This document shows, piece by piece, positions 9,178 through 19,374 of a stretch of 64,000 nt of DNA; the stretch's first letter is position 1; each line of letters opens with the position of its first letter. The DNA comes from a bacterium. Lineage in GTDB: Bacteria > Bacteroidota > Ignavibacteria > UBA10030. Both the position numbers and the translations under genes were made by a program. The stretch covers positions 72,542 to 136,541 of the forward strand of contig JAZDJN010000095.1 of the NCBI GenBank assembly GCA_043803945.1. Direction: 5' to 3'. Below the pieces are notes generated by a model. It worked only from the letters and a program-made list of their open reading frames with translations. It was not told the origin of the DNA and ran no database searches.

Positions 9178-10482
9178 ATGAAACAGGCCGTTGTAATAGG
9201 AACATGTCTGATACTCGTGTCGTGGGGAATGCTCTCTGCGCAAACGCGAAAAGCAAGTACGCTCTCCGAGGAAGATCTGGCCGCACTTGCCAAAAAAATT
9301 CATGAAAGAATTATCACCATTGATACCCACGATGATATTTCTCAGGAATTTGCCACAGAAAGAAACGATCCGGGCAGTCCCGAAAACCGCCGGCAGGTTT
9401 CCTTGCCAAAGATGCGCAGCGGAGGACTTGACGCGGAATTTTTTGCTGTCTTCACCGGCAACGGACAGCGTACGCCGGCTGCATGGGATACAGCCTATGC
9501 CCGCGCGATACGTGCCTTTGAAGCGATTCACCGGCTTCCCACCATGAGACCGTCTGAAATTGAGATTGCGTATTCACCGGCGGATGTTATCCGCATCCAT
9601 AACGGAGGGAAACTTATTGCGTGCATTGGGGTGGAAAACGGTTACCCGCTTGGCATGGAGATATCGCGCGTCAAAGAATTTTATAATCGCGGAGCACGCT
9701 ACATAACGCTGACACACAGCGGCCACAATCAGATCTGTGACTCGTCGACTCCACGGCCCGACGAACTACCGGAGGAGCATCATGGATTAAGCGAGTATGG
9801 GCGCCTGGTGGTGGCAGAAATGAATCGGCTTGGTATCATGGTCGATATTTCTCATGCATCGAAAAAAGCAGCTCTTGATGTTTTAAAATTTTCCAAGGCG
9901 CCCATCATTGCCTCTCACTCTGGCGCAGATGCCGTTAACGCAAGCCCGAGAAATGTTGACGATGAAACCTTGCTTGCGATAAAGAACAATGGCGGCGTTG
10001 TCCAGTGTGTGGCCCTCGCCAGCTATATTAAAACAGTAACAGAGACCCCGGAACGGCATGCGGCAATTGCCGAGCTGAGAAAAGAACTCGGATTGCCAGC
10101 GGGACGCGATGGCTCCGGGCGCCGGCAAGCACAGCAAATGACCGAGGAGCAGCGGAGGCAGAATCAGGAGCAGATGGCAAAATTCCGTGAACGAATGCCG
10201 GAGATTGATAAAACATACCCACCGCAAAAAATTTCTGTGCAGGACATGGTAAACCACATCGACTACATGGTGAATGTTATGGGGATCGACCATGTAGGCA
10301 TTGGCACCGACTTTGACGGTGGTGGCGGTTTAACGGGATTCAAAGATGCAAGCGAAAGCCTTAATGTTACACTTGAGCTCGTACGGCGTGGTTACACCGA
10401 AGAGGAAATCGGAAAAATATGGGGCGGCAACCTCCTCAGAGTCTGGAGAGCCGTGGAGAAGACGGCGAAGGAGATGAACTAG
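9178..10482 (+). CDS. Membrane dipeptidase (peptidase M19), secreted
   Basis: IDTHDD, YITLTH, DISH, IASHS, HVGIGTDFDG and GGNLLRV motifs; signal peptide from ATG 9178. Confidence 0.92.
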   Translation: MKQAVVIGTCLILVSWGMLSAQTRKASTLSEEDLAALAKKIHERIITIDTHDDISQEFATERNDPGSPENRRQVSLPKMRSGGLDAEFFAVFTGNGQRTPAAWDTAYARAIRAFEAIHRLPTMRPSEIEIAYSPADVIRIHNGGKLIACIGVENGYPLGMEISRVKEFYNRGARYITLTHSGHNQICDSSTPRPDELPEEHHGLSEYGRLVVAEMNRLGIMVDISHASKKAALDVLKFSKAPIIASHSGADAVNASPRNVDDETLLAIKNNGGVVQCVALASYIKTVTETPERHAAIAELRKELGLPAGRDGSGRRQAQQMTEEQRRQNQEQMAKFRERMPEIDKTYPPQKISVQDMVNHIDYMVNVMGIDHVGIGTDFDGGGGLTGFKDASESLNVTLELVRRGYTEEEIGKIWGGNLLRVWRAVEKTAKEMN

Positions 10483-10533
10483 TCTGTCGGTTCTCCGACC
10501 GGGGATTAAGGTAAAGAGAAGGATCAAACAATT

Positions 10534-11316
10534 ATGCTTGTTGGAGTGGTTCAAACAAAACCGGAGTTTGGATCTGTTCGCACGAACATCAACAATGCGA
10601 TTGAGTTGATGAATTCTGCAAGGGCAGATCTCTATGTGTTGCCGGAGTTGTTCAACACCGGCTACAACTTCATCGATGAAGCCGAAGCAGCAACACTCTC
10701 CGAGGAGGTGACAGGATTAACGTATCAAGCACTTTGTACCTTTGCTGCAAAGAACTCATGTTGTATTGTCTATGGATTTGCAGAGAGAGAGCAGCACCGC
10801 TACAATTCCTCGGCACTGGTCGGCCCGGAAGGCATTATAGGACTTTATCGGAAGGTACATCTCTTCGACCGCGAGAAGCTATTCTTTGCGCCTGGAAATC
10901 TCGGCTTTCCGGTGTTTACCCTTCCGTTTGGAACCCTGGGGATGATGATTTGCTATGACTGGATTTATCCGGAAGCGGCACGGACACTGATGCTGAAGGG
11001 AGCACAGATTATTGCCCACCCCGCGAATCTTGTCCTGCCCTTCTGTCCCGACGCCATGATTACACGCTGCCTCGAAAACCGCGTGTTTGCGATAACAGCC
11101 GATCGTGTTGGAAAAGAGGAGAGAGGCGGAGTATATTTACAATTTATAGGGAAGAGCGAAATAGTCTCTCCTCGCGGTGAAATTCTTTGTCGCCTTGGTA
11201 CGGATGATTCCGGAATTGCAATAACGGAGATCGACATTGCTCTCGCGACAAATAAACAGGTCACGCAACGCAACAACTTGCTGGAAGACCGTTTCAAAGA
11301 GTACTATCTCATGTAA
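10534..11316 (+). CDS. Carbon-nitrogen hydrolase (nitrilase family)
   Basis: Catalytic triad motifs VLPEL, YRKVHL and ICYDW. Confidence 0.9.
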   Translation: MLVGVVQTKPEFGSVRTNINNAIELMNSARADLYVLPELFNTGYNFIDEAEAATLSEEVTGLTYQALCTFAAKNSCCIVYGFAEREQHRYNSSALVGPEGIIGLYRKVHLFDREKLFFAPGNLGFPVFTLPFGTLGMMICYDWIYPEAARTLMLKGAQIIAHPANLVLPFCPDAMITRCLENRVFAITADRVGKEERGGVYLQFIGKSEIVSPRGEILCRLGTDDSGIAITEIDIALATNKQVTQRNNLLEDRFKEYYLM

Positions 11317-11328
11317 GGTGAAACAACC

Positions 11329-12084
11329 ATGCAGCACTACACCATTCTCATTTCTCTCATTATCACAAGGCTTGCTTTGTCTAGCTGCAGCCCTGTAATA
11401 CAAACGACACGGACACCGGAAGAAAACCGCAGGGTCATTATCGTCTACCAGCCATCCCACCAGATGGATACGGGCCGGGAGTTTAATGAAGCCATGGTCT
11501 GTAATGCAATTATCGAATCGGCCATTGCCTCCTCAACGGGGTCCGTAGAAGTGCATAAGGTATGGAGCCATGATCAGGAAGGGCTTCACCATGCACGGCA
11601 GGGAAGCAACACAAAGATAGAACACACATCAATGATTGACAGCCTGGGAAGAATCTCAGGGTACGCATATGAACTTCGGGCGTCGAACAAACTCAAGCCC
11701 GATGTGTTTATTGGAGTTCATAATAACGGCGCAACAAACAAAAACGCTTGCTGGGGATTTGTACACGAAGGGGATCGTCATGAACAGGACTGCCGTGAGT
11801 TGGCAAAGGTCCTGGTTGACGAAATCTGTGCAGCCACAGGAATGGAGAACGGTGGTATTCTGGGTGACAGTTCTCCCAATAGAAATGATTACCGCTGCAA
11901 GACAACAGGAAAACTTTCCTTTTACAGTTTGGATGAAAATGTTAACACAGCGCCGATTCGTGTGCTGCTCGAAATTGGCGACAATGAACTGAGCCGGGAG
12001 TTATTGCACAATCCGGCTGCTCAACAAACGATGGGACGCGTTATTCAAAGTGTTATCGAACGGCGCTATGGAAGCGAGAAGTAA
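11329..12084 (+). CDS. Lipoprotein with divergent N-acetylmuramoyl-L-alanine amidase (Amidase_3-like) domain
   Basis: Lipobox-like LALSSC; H/E/H/E pattern in PSHQ, FNEA, IGVHNN and VLLEIG. Confidence 0.55.
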   Translation: MQHYTILISLIITRLALSSCSPVIQTTRTPEENRRVIIVYQPSHQMDTGREFNEAMVCNAIIESAIASSTGSVEVHKVWSHDQEGLHHARQGSNTKIEHTSMIDSLGRISGYAYELRASNKLKPDVFIGVHNNGATNKNACWGFVHEGDRHEQDCRELAKVLVDEICAATGMENGGILGDSSPNRNDYRCKTTGKLSFYSLDENVNTAPIRVLLEIGDNELSRELLHNPAAQQTMGRVIQSVIERRYGSEK

Positions 12085-12188
12085 TCTACCGGCATGGTTC
12101 CCTCTTCCTGAATGAAGAAAATTAGGAGTAAGCCCTACTCTTCGAGGGCGAACCCAACCCTGATTGATACCCGCGCGGTCTTTTCACC

Positions 12189-12494
12189 CTATCTGATTTT
12201 TAAAATCCAGTCGGCAGGGTTAAACTTCTTAATTTCAATTTCTGGCACCAGCGTCTTTACGATAAGATGGGTATCCTCAATGACTCTAACATGGGTTGGC
12301 ATGAAATCCTTGGAGCACTTATCACAATGGAGCGAAAGAACACTGTCGGGTGCGGCAATGTTGAGTTTTTTGGTCCACAGAACGAGGTCTTCTTTCGAGG
12401 AAATCCGATAATCCACGCGCTCAATATAGTGACCGCACTGTTGATGCCGCGCCGAATATAAGAGAAAGATATGTGATTGTTGTGAGTCAGTCAT
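12189..12494 (-). CDS. Small hypothetical protein, possibly metal-binding
   Basis: 101-aa ORF with HxxCxH and CxxC motifs. Confidence 0.55.
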   Translation of the reverse strand: MTDSQQSHIFLLYSARHQQCGHYIERVDYRISSKEDLVLWTKKLNIAAPDSVLSLHCDKCSKDFMPTHVRVIEDTHLIVKTLVPEIEIKKFNPADWILKIR

Positions 12495-12731
12495 AAGTTG
12501 AATCCCCGTTATGCTGTGAGAATGAATCTCCTAAACAAAAGACTATAAAAAAAAACGATAACATACAAGGGTGAACAACAAAATATCCTTTGGGTGTGAT
12601 CGTGCTCAACGGTTTTAGTGTGAGCCCGCTCACAACATCGGGTTCAGTAAGGGAGAAAGGGATCTTCGGGACTCGTTGAATCTCATTCCCTTTTTGCGTA
12701 CTCTCTACAAGAGACCTCAACACAAATCAAC

Positions 12732-13544
12732 ATGATCGCATCCTCCTTTATCCTTCTCTTTCTTGGCGGCATTGCAACCGGAACCCTTGGCTCATTGCTC
12801 GGAATCGGTGGCGGTATTTTTCTTGTCCCCTTTCTTACGCTGGTGATTGGCGTTCCAGCTAAACAGGCAATCGCCACAAGCATTATTGCTGTGATTGCAA
12901 CTTCGAGTGCCGGGGCGTCGGTGAATTTGAAACGTAACACGGTGAACGTGCGGCTCGGGTTTCTCCTGGAATCCGTAACGGTTCTTGGTGCGATTGGGGG
13001 AAGCTTTACCGCTTCCCTGCTCAGCGGCGAAACGTTAATCAAGCTTTTTGCCACACTGTTGCTTGTTGTTGCTATCTTGATGATCCACAAGACGCGGCAA
13101 AAAAAATCGATGGATGCACCTTCATCACAAGGAATTCTCCATGGGCAATTCACCGATGAAGCAAACGGAACGGTTGTCTCCTATGCGGTTCACCGCATTC
13201 CGGCGGTCATGGGTGTTTCGTTTCTCGCCGGCAACGTGTCGGGGCTTCTTGGTATCGGGGGAGGAATTTTCAAAGTCCCTGCGATGCATATTCTTGGCGG
13301 CGTTCCAATGAAGATTGCGACAGCAACAAGTAATTTTACGATCGGGGTAACGGCTGCGGCGTCTGCATTTATCTATTTTTCTCATGGCCATGTAAATCCA
13401 TGGATTGCCTCGTCCTCGGCGCTTGGCGTGCTGGGCGGATCACTCCTTGGCACGGTCATCAATAGAAAAATTGAGAGCACGGTTCTAACCTGGATTTTTG
13501 TCGTCGTTCTGTTATTTGTTTCGATCCAAATGTATTTGAAGTAA
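12732..13544 (+). CDS. Sulfite exporter TauE/SafE family permease
   Basis: Duplicated GLLGIGGG..VP and A.ATS motifs; multi-TM. Confidence 0.9.
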   Translation: MIASSFILLFLGGIATGTLGSLLGIGGGIFLVPFLTLVIGVPAKQAIATSIIAVIATSSAGASVNLKRNTVNVRLGFLLESVTVLGAIGGSFTASLLSGETLIKLFATLLLVVAILMIHKTRQKKSMDAPSSQGILHGQFTDEANGTVVSYAVHRIPAVMGVSFLAGNVSGLLGIGGGIFKVPAMHILGGVPMKIATATSNFTIGVTAAASAFIYFSHGHVNPWIASSSALGVLGGSLLGTVINRKIESTVLTWIFVVVLLFVSIQMYLK

Positions 13545-13548
13545 ACCT

Positions 13549-13923
13549 ATGCCCCCCACGGAAGAACAGAATATAAAAGTCGTAGAGCGCTGGTCGGCAC
13601 GAACATTGCAGGTTGGCATTTGGACAAGCGCTATTCTGATCGCCCTCGGCCTTGTGCTCTCGTTCGTTCCTGGCGATGCCAGCCAGGGATCAGCTCAACA
13701 GCAAATGGTGTATGACGGATTATCTTCGATAAAACAGAATGCAGGCAGCCCCGTAGTTCTCTTGTACCTCGGGCTCATTCTTTTGATGCTTACACCGGTT
13801 CTTCGCGTTGTCACCTCTCTTGTAGGATTTGCTTCGGAAAAGGACAAAACCTACGTGGGGGTATCGGCGTTTGTTCTTGTGGTTCTGCTTGCCGAATTAT
13901 GCTATTCCCTGATTATAAGGTAA
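13549..13923 (+). CDS. DUF1634-type membrane protein
   Basis: LGLILLMLTPVLRV motif; typical downstream partner of TauE. Confidence 0.75.
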   Translation: MPPTEEQNIKVVERWSARTLQVGIWTSAILIALGLVLSFVPGDASQGSAQQQMVYDGLSSIKQNAGSPVVLLYLGLILLMLTPVLRVVTSLVGFASEKDKTYVGVSAFVLVVLLAELCYSLIIR

Positions 13924-13957
13924 CGCAGTTATTAACCCACAAAAAAAGGAGAGACCT

Positions 13958-14788
13958 ATGACATTCATGGAAAAACTCGAAGCGATTCAGAAAAAAAGGC
14001 AATCGCTGCTCTGTGTCGGTCTTGATGTGGATGAAAAGTTGATACCGACAATTCTCTACTCCCGGTATCATGATCCTGTCATGGGATTCATCAAAGAGAT
14101 CATCAATGCAACACAGGATGTCGTGTGCGCCTACAAACTGAATATCGCATTCTACGAAGCGATGGGGGATCGAGGCTGGGAACTTCTCCGCGAAGCGCTT
14201 AAGCTCATTCCCAAAGATATCGTCACGATCGGAGACGGTAAACGGGGAGACATTGGAAATACGTCGGAACGATATGCGACCGCCATGTACACCACCCTTG
14301 GTTTTGATGCAACGACAGTCAACCCGTACATGGGTAAGGACTCTATTGAACCGTTTCTTAAAAGTACGGAGCACTGCGCGTTTGTTCTTGCACTGACATC
14401 GAACGCCGGCTCGAAGGATTTCCAACGGCTGCTTGTGAACGAGAAGCCGGTGTACGAATATGTGGTCAAAGCTGCCGCCAAATGGAACGCGAAGAAAAAT
14501 GTCGGCCTTGTTGTCGGAGCAACACACCCCAATGAACTCGAGCCGATCAGAAAACTTGCTTCCGATATGCCGATTCTGATTCCCGGTATCGGCAAGCAAG
14601 GAGGCGACCTGAAATCGGCAGTACGGTATGGGTGCACAAAAAGGGGATACCTCGCAATTATCAATGCCAGCCGAAGCATTCTCTATGCATCATGCAGCAT
14701 GGATTTTGCAAAAGCAGCACAGATTGAAGCAGTCAGGCTGCACAAACAAATTCAGAAATATCGTAAGCTGTATTTCAAGATCAAGTAA
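13958..14788 (+). CDS. pyrF: Orotidine-5'-phosphate decarboxylase
   Basis: LCVGLD, DGKRGDIGNT, PGIGKQGG and INASRSI motifs. Confidence 0.96.
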   Translation: MTFMEKLEAIQKKRQSLLCVGLDVDEKLIPTILYSRYHDPVMGFIKEIINATQDVVCAYKLNIAFYEAMGDRGWELLREALKLIPKDIVTIGDGKRGDIGNTSERYATAMYTTLGFDATTVNPYMGKDSIEPFLKSTEHCAFVLALTSNAGSKDFQRLLVNEKPVYEYVVKAAAKWNAKKNVGLVVGATHPNELEPIRKLASDMPILIPGIGKQGGDLKSAVRYGCTKRGYLAIINASRSILYASCSMDFAKAAQIEAVRLHKQIQKYRKLYFKIK

Positions 14789-15008
14789 GCTTAAGTCGCG
14801 CTTTTGACGGAGGTATCTCTTAGTTGCACCAAGGAATTGGAGAGAGACCGAAATCTCCTCAAGTAGCAGACATATCGATGTCGAGGTGAGGACGGAGAGG
14901 TAGCGCCCCATCCTCAACCGGCGGAGAGGATGCACCGGATAGATTCACAGAAGCACCGACGCTGTCTTCAGCACCGTTATAATTGTACAACACAGGAAGG
15001 AACACACC

Positions 15009-16517
15009 ATGCACCGCGGCACGCCCTATATTCACGAACGTTTTCTCCGACACATCTGGAGTCGGCAATATTTATCTCATACCCAATTAACAACAGTTGA
15101 CGGAAAAGCACTGCAGATCATCGATGCAGGCGAATTAAACCTTGACGGAGGCCCCGATTTCAAAAATGCAATCATCCAGATTGGGTCAACACGCTTTGCC
15201 GGCGAGGTGGAAATCCATCGTAATACCGTCGAATGGCTTCGGCATCTCCACCAGCAAAACCCGCGCTACAACAAAGTCGTTCTCCACGTAGTACTGGAAG
15301 GATCTGTAAACGATGCCCCAACAATTGCACAAAGCGGGAGAGAGATCCACACCCTCGTTCTCGAACCGTTTCTTTCAGAATCCATCCGGTCGCTCTGGAA
15401 AAAAATAATCCTGGATGAGCACACCCGCGCCCATCAGAGAATCCGGTGTCAGCCATTCAATGGTGAGGCAACCATACAGAGTATTGTGGTTTGGGTGCAG
15501 CACCTTGCGGTAGAAAGGCTGGAGCTGAAACTCAGAAGATTTGATGAACGCCTTCGGGACCTTGCCTATGCCGAACTTCTTGTGGTACGCGAGCCGCGTC
15601 AATCATATGGACCAATGCCCGTTCGCGGGAACACCGACGATGTTCCGCCGCCATTCAAAGAACTCACTATACGAGATCTTTCGAAGAAAGGAATCTGGGA
15701 ACAAGTACTCTATGAAGGGCTGCTGGAATGTCTCGGGTACAGTAAAAACCAGGAACCGTTTGTCCGCCTGGCAAGAAATGTTCCTTTGCAGAGCATTCAA
15801 CCCATGAAGCTTACAGTGGAGCAGCTTGAAGCGGTGTTGTTCGGCTCCGCAGGATTATTGCCTAAGAGCGGCTCCCTCGTTGAGGCGGAATCGAAGCACT
15901 ATGTAAAGAGCCTCAGGACAACCTGGAATGCATTAAGAAAACAATTGTTGAAGCCCGTTCTTCATGCGGCGGACTGGCAATTCTTTCCAACGCGCCCCTC
16001 AAATTTCCCAACGATTCGAATTGCTGCCGCCGCTGTTCTGGCTCATCGCTTCATCACGGAAGATCTATTTCGAACAACGATTCAAATACTGAAATCGGAA
16101 CTCCCCATTCGCGAAAAACAAGCAAAGCTGATACAGAAACTCACCGTGGAGACTTCGGAGTTCTGGAAGCAGCATTATCATTTTGATCAAACAACAAGCA
16201 GGCCGGTTCGCGCCCTGGGCGTTGAACGCATCAAGGACATGGTTGTCAATTGTATTATTCCGGTTGCACTGCTGTATGCAAGAACATTCAAGGATAAGGA
16301 AGTGAGAGAATCAACCCTGCAACTGTACAACGGCTTTCCGCCGCTCATGCCAAACGCTGTGACGCTACTTATGGAGAAACAGTTGTTGAACCAGCGCGCT
16401 CTAATAAACACGGTTAGCCTGCAACAGGGCATTATCCATCTCTATAAGTATTATTGCAAAGATGATCGGTGTTCGGAGTGCGAGATTGGCCGGACCCTGC
16501 CGTTGGTCTTGAAGTGA
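15009..16517 (+). CDS. DUF2851 family protein
   Basis: GPDF, GEVEIH, VVLHVV, RPSNFPTIRIA and C-terminal C..C..C motifs. Confidence 0.85.
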   Translation: MHRGTPYIHERFLRHIWSRQYLSHTQLTTVDGKALQIIDAGELNLDGGPDFKNAIIQIGSTRFAGEVEIHRNTVEWLRHLHQQNPRYNKVVLHVVLEGSVNDAPTIAQSGREIHTLVLEPFLSESIRSLWKKIILDEHTRAHQRIRCQPFNGEATIQSIVVWVQHLAVERLELKLRRFDERLRDLAYAELLVVREPRQSYGPMPVRGNTDDVPPPFKELTIRDLSKKGIWEQVLYEGLLECLGYSKNQEPFVRLARNVPLQSIQPMKLTVEQLEAVLFGSAGLLPKSGSLVEAESKHYVKSLRTTWNALRKQLLKPVLHAADWQFFPTRPSNFPTIRIAAAAVLAHRFITEDLFRTTIQILKSELPIREKQAKLIQKLTVETSEFWKQHYHFDQTTSRPVRALGVERIKDMVVNCIIPVALLYARTFKDKEVRESTLQLYNGFPPLMPNAVTLLMEKQLLNQRALINTVSLQQGIIHLYKYYCKDDRCSECEIGRTLPLVLK

Positions 16518-16521
16518 AGAG

Positions 16522-16571
16522 AAAAGTCCGACATCTTCGTTAGGTGAACCGTTGGGAGATGTCGGACTTTT
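16522..16571. terminator. Bidirectional intrinsic terminator between convergent genes
   Basis: AAAAGTCCGACATCT ... AGATGTCGGACTTTT, a perfect 15-bp inverted repeat. Confidence 0.75.
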
Positions 16572-16575
16572 ACGA

Positions 16576-17937
16576 TCAGGTTTTCTGCTGTTTCTTTTTC
16601 GCGGCCGGAAAAAGAACATTATTGAGGATGAGCCGATAACCGGGAGAGTTTTTGTGCAGCGTTAAATCGGTCGGCGGATCTCCAACGGCATGCTGATAAT
16701 CTTCAGGGTCATGCCCGGCATACCAGGTAAACGTGCCCTTGCCGAAATTTCCATGTATGTAACGCACCTCTTCGGTGCCTTCCCGCTCTGCAAGCACGAT
16801 ATCGGTCCGTTTGAGCAAGCTCTTTTTAAATGCTGTGGTTTGTCCCATAAACCCCTTGACGAGAGAGACATGGTTCTGTGTCAGCATCGAGGGAACGGGA
16901 TCGTACTTGGCAGAGAAGTCGAAGAGCGTAAAGTAATCGGTGCTGCCGTCGCGAATGGGCGGCGGATCGCTGGGTGGAATGTCGATATCCGAGTACTCGT
17001 ACCGTAGCGGATTCATATCGATCTTGAAGTTTTCGAAAGCAAGTGTTTTGGTGAAATCCAGCTTCTGCTGTGCATCGGGGTCGGCCGGGTCGCCATCAAA
17101 CATCGGCTCACAGATATCAACGGTCTCCGTTGCGAGAGCAATATCGTAACTGTCGGTGGCAGAGCACATGGCAAACATAAATCCGCCGTTGGCAATATAA
17201 TCCTTGATGGCCCGGACGACAGCTTTCTTGGCTTCGGAAACCTTTTTGAATCCGAGCCGCCTGGCTTCTTTTTCGTACAACAACTGTTGTTCGATATACC
17301 ATGATGCATAGCGGTAATTTGAAAAGAACTTGCCGTATTGCCCCGTAAAATCTTCATGATGGAGATGAAGCCAATCGTACTCGGCGAGCTTTCCCGAGAG
17401 CACCTCTTCGTCCCACACCTTTGTATAAGGAATTTCCGCATACTCCATTGCCATCGTAACGGCATCGTCCCAGGGCTTGAAGTTTGGCGGAACATAGACG
17501 GCAACCTTCGGCACCTTTTCTAACCGCACCACATCCTTATTGTTGTCCTCACGCTGAACCTCGGCATAGACAATCCCTGCCTCGGTGGCGGAGAGCTGCT
17601 CAAAGAGAACACCGCGCACCCGGCATTCCCGCGCAGCAACATCGCTGTAGTCTGTCATGAATGAGCCGCCACGATAGTTCAACAGCCAATCAACCTCACC
17701 ATTGTGTTGAAGAATCCAAAAAGCAATACCGTACGATTTGAGGTGGTCTGTTTGCTTTAAGTCCATAGGAATAAAAAGCTTGGCTTGAGCGGATAGTAGA
17801 GAAGTAAGAAGTAAGACGAGAGACGTGAGATGGAAGAAACAATTTAAGCGAAAGAGGCAAGAAAAGAGACGAAAGAAGAGGCGGAAGAAAAAGGGCCAAT
17901 GAGGAAAACAAGCACATAGCTCTAAATTGATACTCAT
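16576..17937 (-). CDS. Conserved secreted Bacteroidota-type protein (often labelled 'asparagine synthetase B'; glutamine amidotransferase-like); start uncertain
   Basis: WLLNYRGGSF, PWDDAVT, WLHLHHEDFTGQYGKF, FAMCSATD and GHDPEDYQH motifs. Confidence 0.75.
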   Translation of the reverse strand: MSINLELCACFPHWPFFFRLFFRLFSCLFRLNCFFHLTSLVLLLTSLLSAQAKLFIPMDLKQTDHLKSYGIAFWILQHNGEVDWLLNYRGGSFMTDYSDVAARECRVRGVLFEQLSATEAGIVYAEVQREDNNKDVVRLEKVPKVAVYVPPNFKPWDDAVTMAMEYAEIPYTKVWDEEVLSGKLAEYDWLHLHHEDFTGQYGKFFSNYRYASWYIEQQLLYEKEARRLGFKKVSEAKKAVVRAIKDYIANGGFMFAMCSATDSYDIALATETVDICEPMFDGDPADPDAQQKLDFTKTLAFENFKIDMNPLRYEYSDIDIPPSDPPPIRDGSTDYFTLFDFSAKYDPVPSMLTQNHVSLVKGFMGQTTAFKKSLLKRTDIVLAEREGTEEVRYIHGNFGKGTFTWYAGHDPEDYQHAVGDPPTDLTLHKNSPGYRLILNNVLFPAAKKKQQKT

Positions 17938-18167
17938 TTGTTTATACCGTTGTGTTGTACTTTGCCGTCGTTTTGAATGCTGGCGAGTTCTTCTATTGTC
18001 TGTTGGATTGGTTCATACCAGATTATTCGATCAATCATTTTTTCGATAACGAATGTTAACTCATCGTTATTTAATTTTCTATTGATTGTATCTGTGGCTA
18101 CCCGCTGAATGTCGTGTCTGGTAACGTAATAAACATGTTTTCTTAAATTCATAAACCTGCTCCTCAT
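17934..18167 (-). CDS. Small hypothetical protein, AT-rich, downstream of HNH gene
   Basis: ORF YYVTRHDIQRVA...RKLNNDEL...IIWYEPI; start uncertain; its stop overlaps the next ATG. Confidence 0.55.
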   Translation of the reverse strand: MRSRFMNLRKHVYYVTRHDIQRVATDTINRKLNNDELTFVIEKMIDRIIWYEPIQQTIEELASIQNDGKVQHNGINK

Positions 18168-18240
18168 GGCATCTGTTTTGTTTTCACAGATCAATACACG
18201 AAGTGATTAATATTGTCAGCAGTAATTTGGTGATAATCAT

Positions 18241-19176
18241 TTACTTGTGAAAAATATTCTCGCGATGCCAACAAATGGAATTAATATGTGGGTAAGAAGC
18301 GCTTCGTTTGGGTAATCTTATGGTTCTGTTCGATAAAAAGAACCCTCTCATCAAGTCATGGTTATCCATTATACCATAGCCGATTGGTAATTCTTTAATT
18401 TTCTCACTACCCTGTATAGAATAATTTGATCTAAGTGTGAACCAGCCTACATCGAAAGCCCAGTGGTGAAAGTGACAAAAAGCTATTCCATTCCAAATGT
18501 CATCTTTCCCATAAAAACGATGAGGTACAATATAAGCTGCCTCAACCTCCCATAGAAGTTTGTCTGGAGATATAATTTTCATACCACAGAATGAACAACA
18601 ATAATCATAGGCTTCTAATATTGCTTGTCGAAATCCCCTTGTTCGAATTAAAGACTCTCTAGCGGTTTTAACAATTCGTTTTCGTGTGTCGATCGGATTA
18701 TAATTTTCAACTCTTTTAGCCTGCTCAAGCTTATTCTTTACTTTTTGCACTTCATGGGTTCGAACCGGTAATTCAATTTTTCTTTCAAGTGGTATTTGTG
18801 ATAACCTTAGAGCTTCATCAAGTCCCTTTTCCGTCAACATCCATTCGCGCTTTTGCGTGAGTATCACAGTTTCTTTAGGGTGAGAAAGCAACCTACATTT
18901 TGCGGCGAGATCTGCTGTACGGAATAACAACCGATGCCATGCCGGAAATGTTTTGATACGGTTCTCTTTTCTAACTAAAGCCTGCATTAAAAAGGAACGT
19001 TGTCTTTCCGACAATCCCAGTCGTTCTGCAATTTCATCTGAGAAATCTTGTTTACCAGCACCAAATTCTTTAATGGAACCATTATGTTTTAATAATGAAG
19101 TTAGAAGAACAGGAATAACCGTTTCCTTTGTCGGCAGAGCAAGCTCCTTAAAGACCTTTCTTTCATAACTGGTCAT
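18241..19176 (-). CDS. HNH endonuclease with Mrr-N/winged-helix-like N-terminus (putative restriction nuclease)
   Basis: FRQAILEAYDYCCSFCG ... EAAYIVP ... NGIAFCHFHHWAFD; AT-rich relative to flanks. Confidence 0.8.
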   Translation of the reverse strand: MTSYERKVFKELALPTKETVIPVLLTSLLKHNGSIKEFGAGKQDFSDEIAERLGLSERQRSFLMQALVRKENRIKTFPAWHRLLFRTADLAAKCRLLSHPKETVILTQKREWMLTEKGLDEALRLSQIPLERKIELPVRTHEVQKVKNKLEQAKRVENYNPIDTRKRIVKTARESLIRTRGFRQAILEAYDYCCSFCGMKIISPDKLLWEVEAAYIVPHRFYGKDDIWNGIAFCHFHHWAFDVGWFTLRSNYSIQGSEKIKELPIGYGIMDNHDLMRGFFLSNRTIRLPKRSASYPHINSICWHRENIFHK

Positions 19177-19374
19177 AACTGTTATCTCTCTCTTTTTGTT
19201 AGTAGGTATTATTCTTTGTCGGATTTAGTCTGGAAACCGGATGATGGTGTATGCAAGAACGACCAATACCCTATTCTCACATATTCTCGCTGCCACCTGC
19301 AATACGCACCCGCTTCTTACTTCTACCCGCCTGCACACTTCGTGTTCCGGGCAAGCCATCTCCCGTTTTCAGTT

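Noticed and set aside
14789-15008. Riboswitch or ncRNA upstream of the DUF2851 gene
   Set aside because: Only scattered purine-rich motifs (GGAGAGA), with no complete recognisable aptamer; an Rfam scan would be needed.
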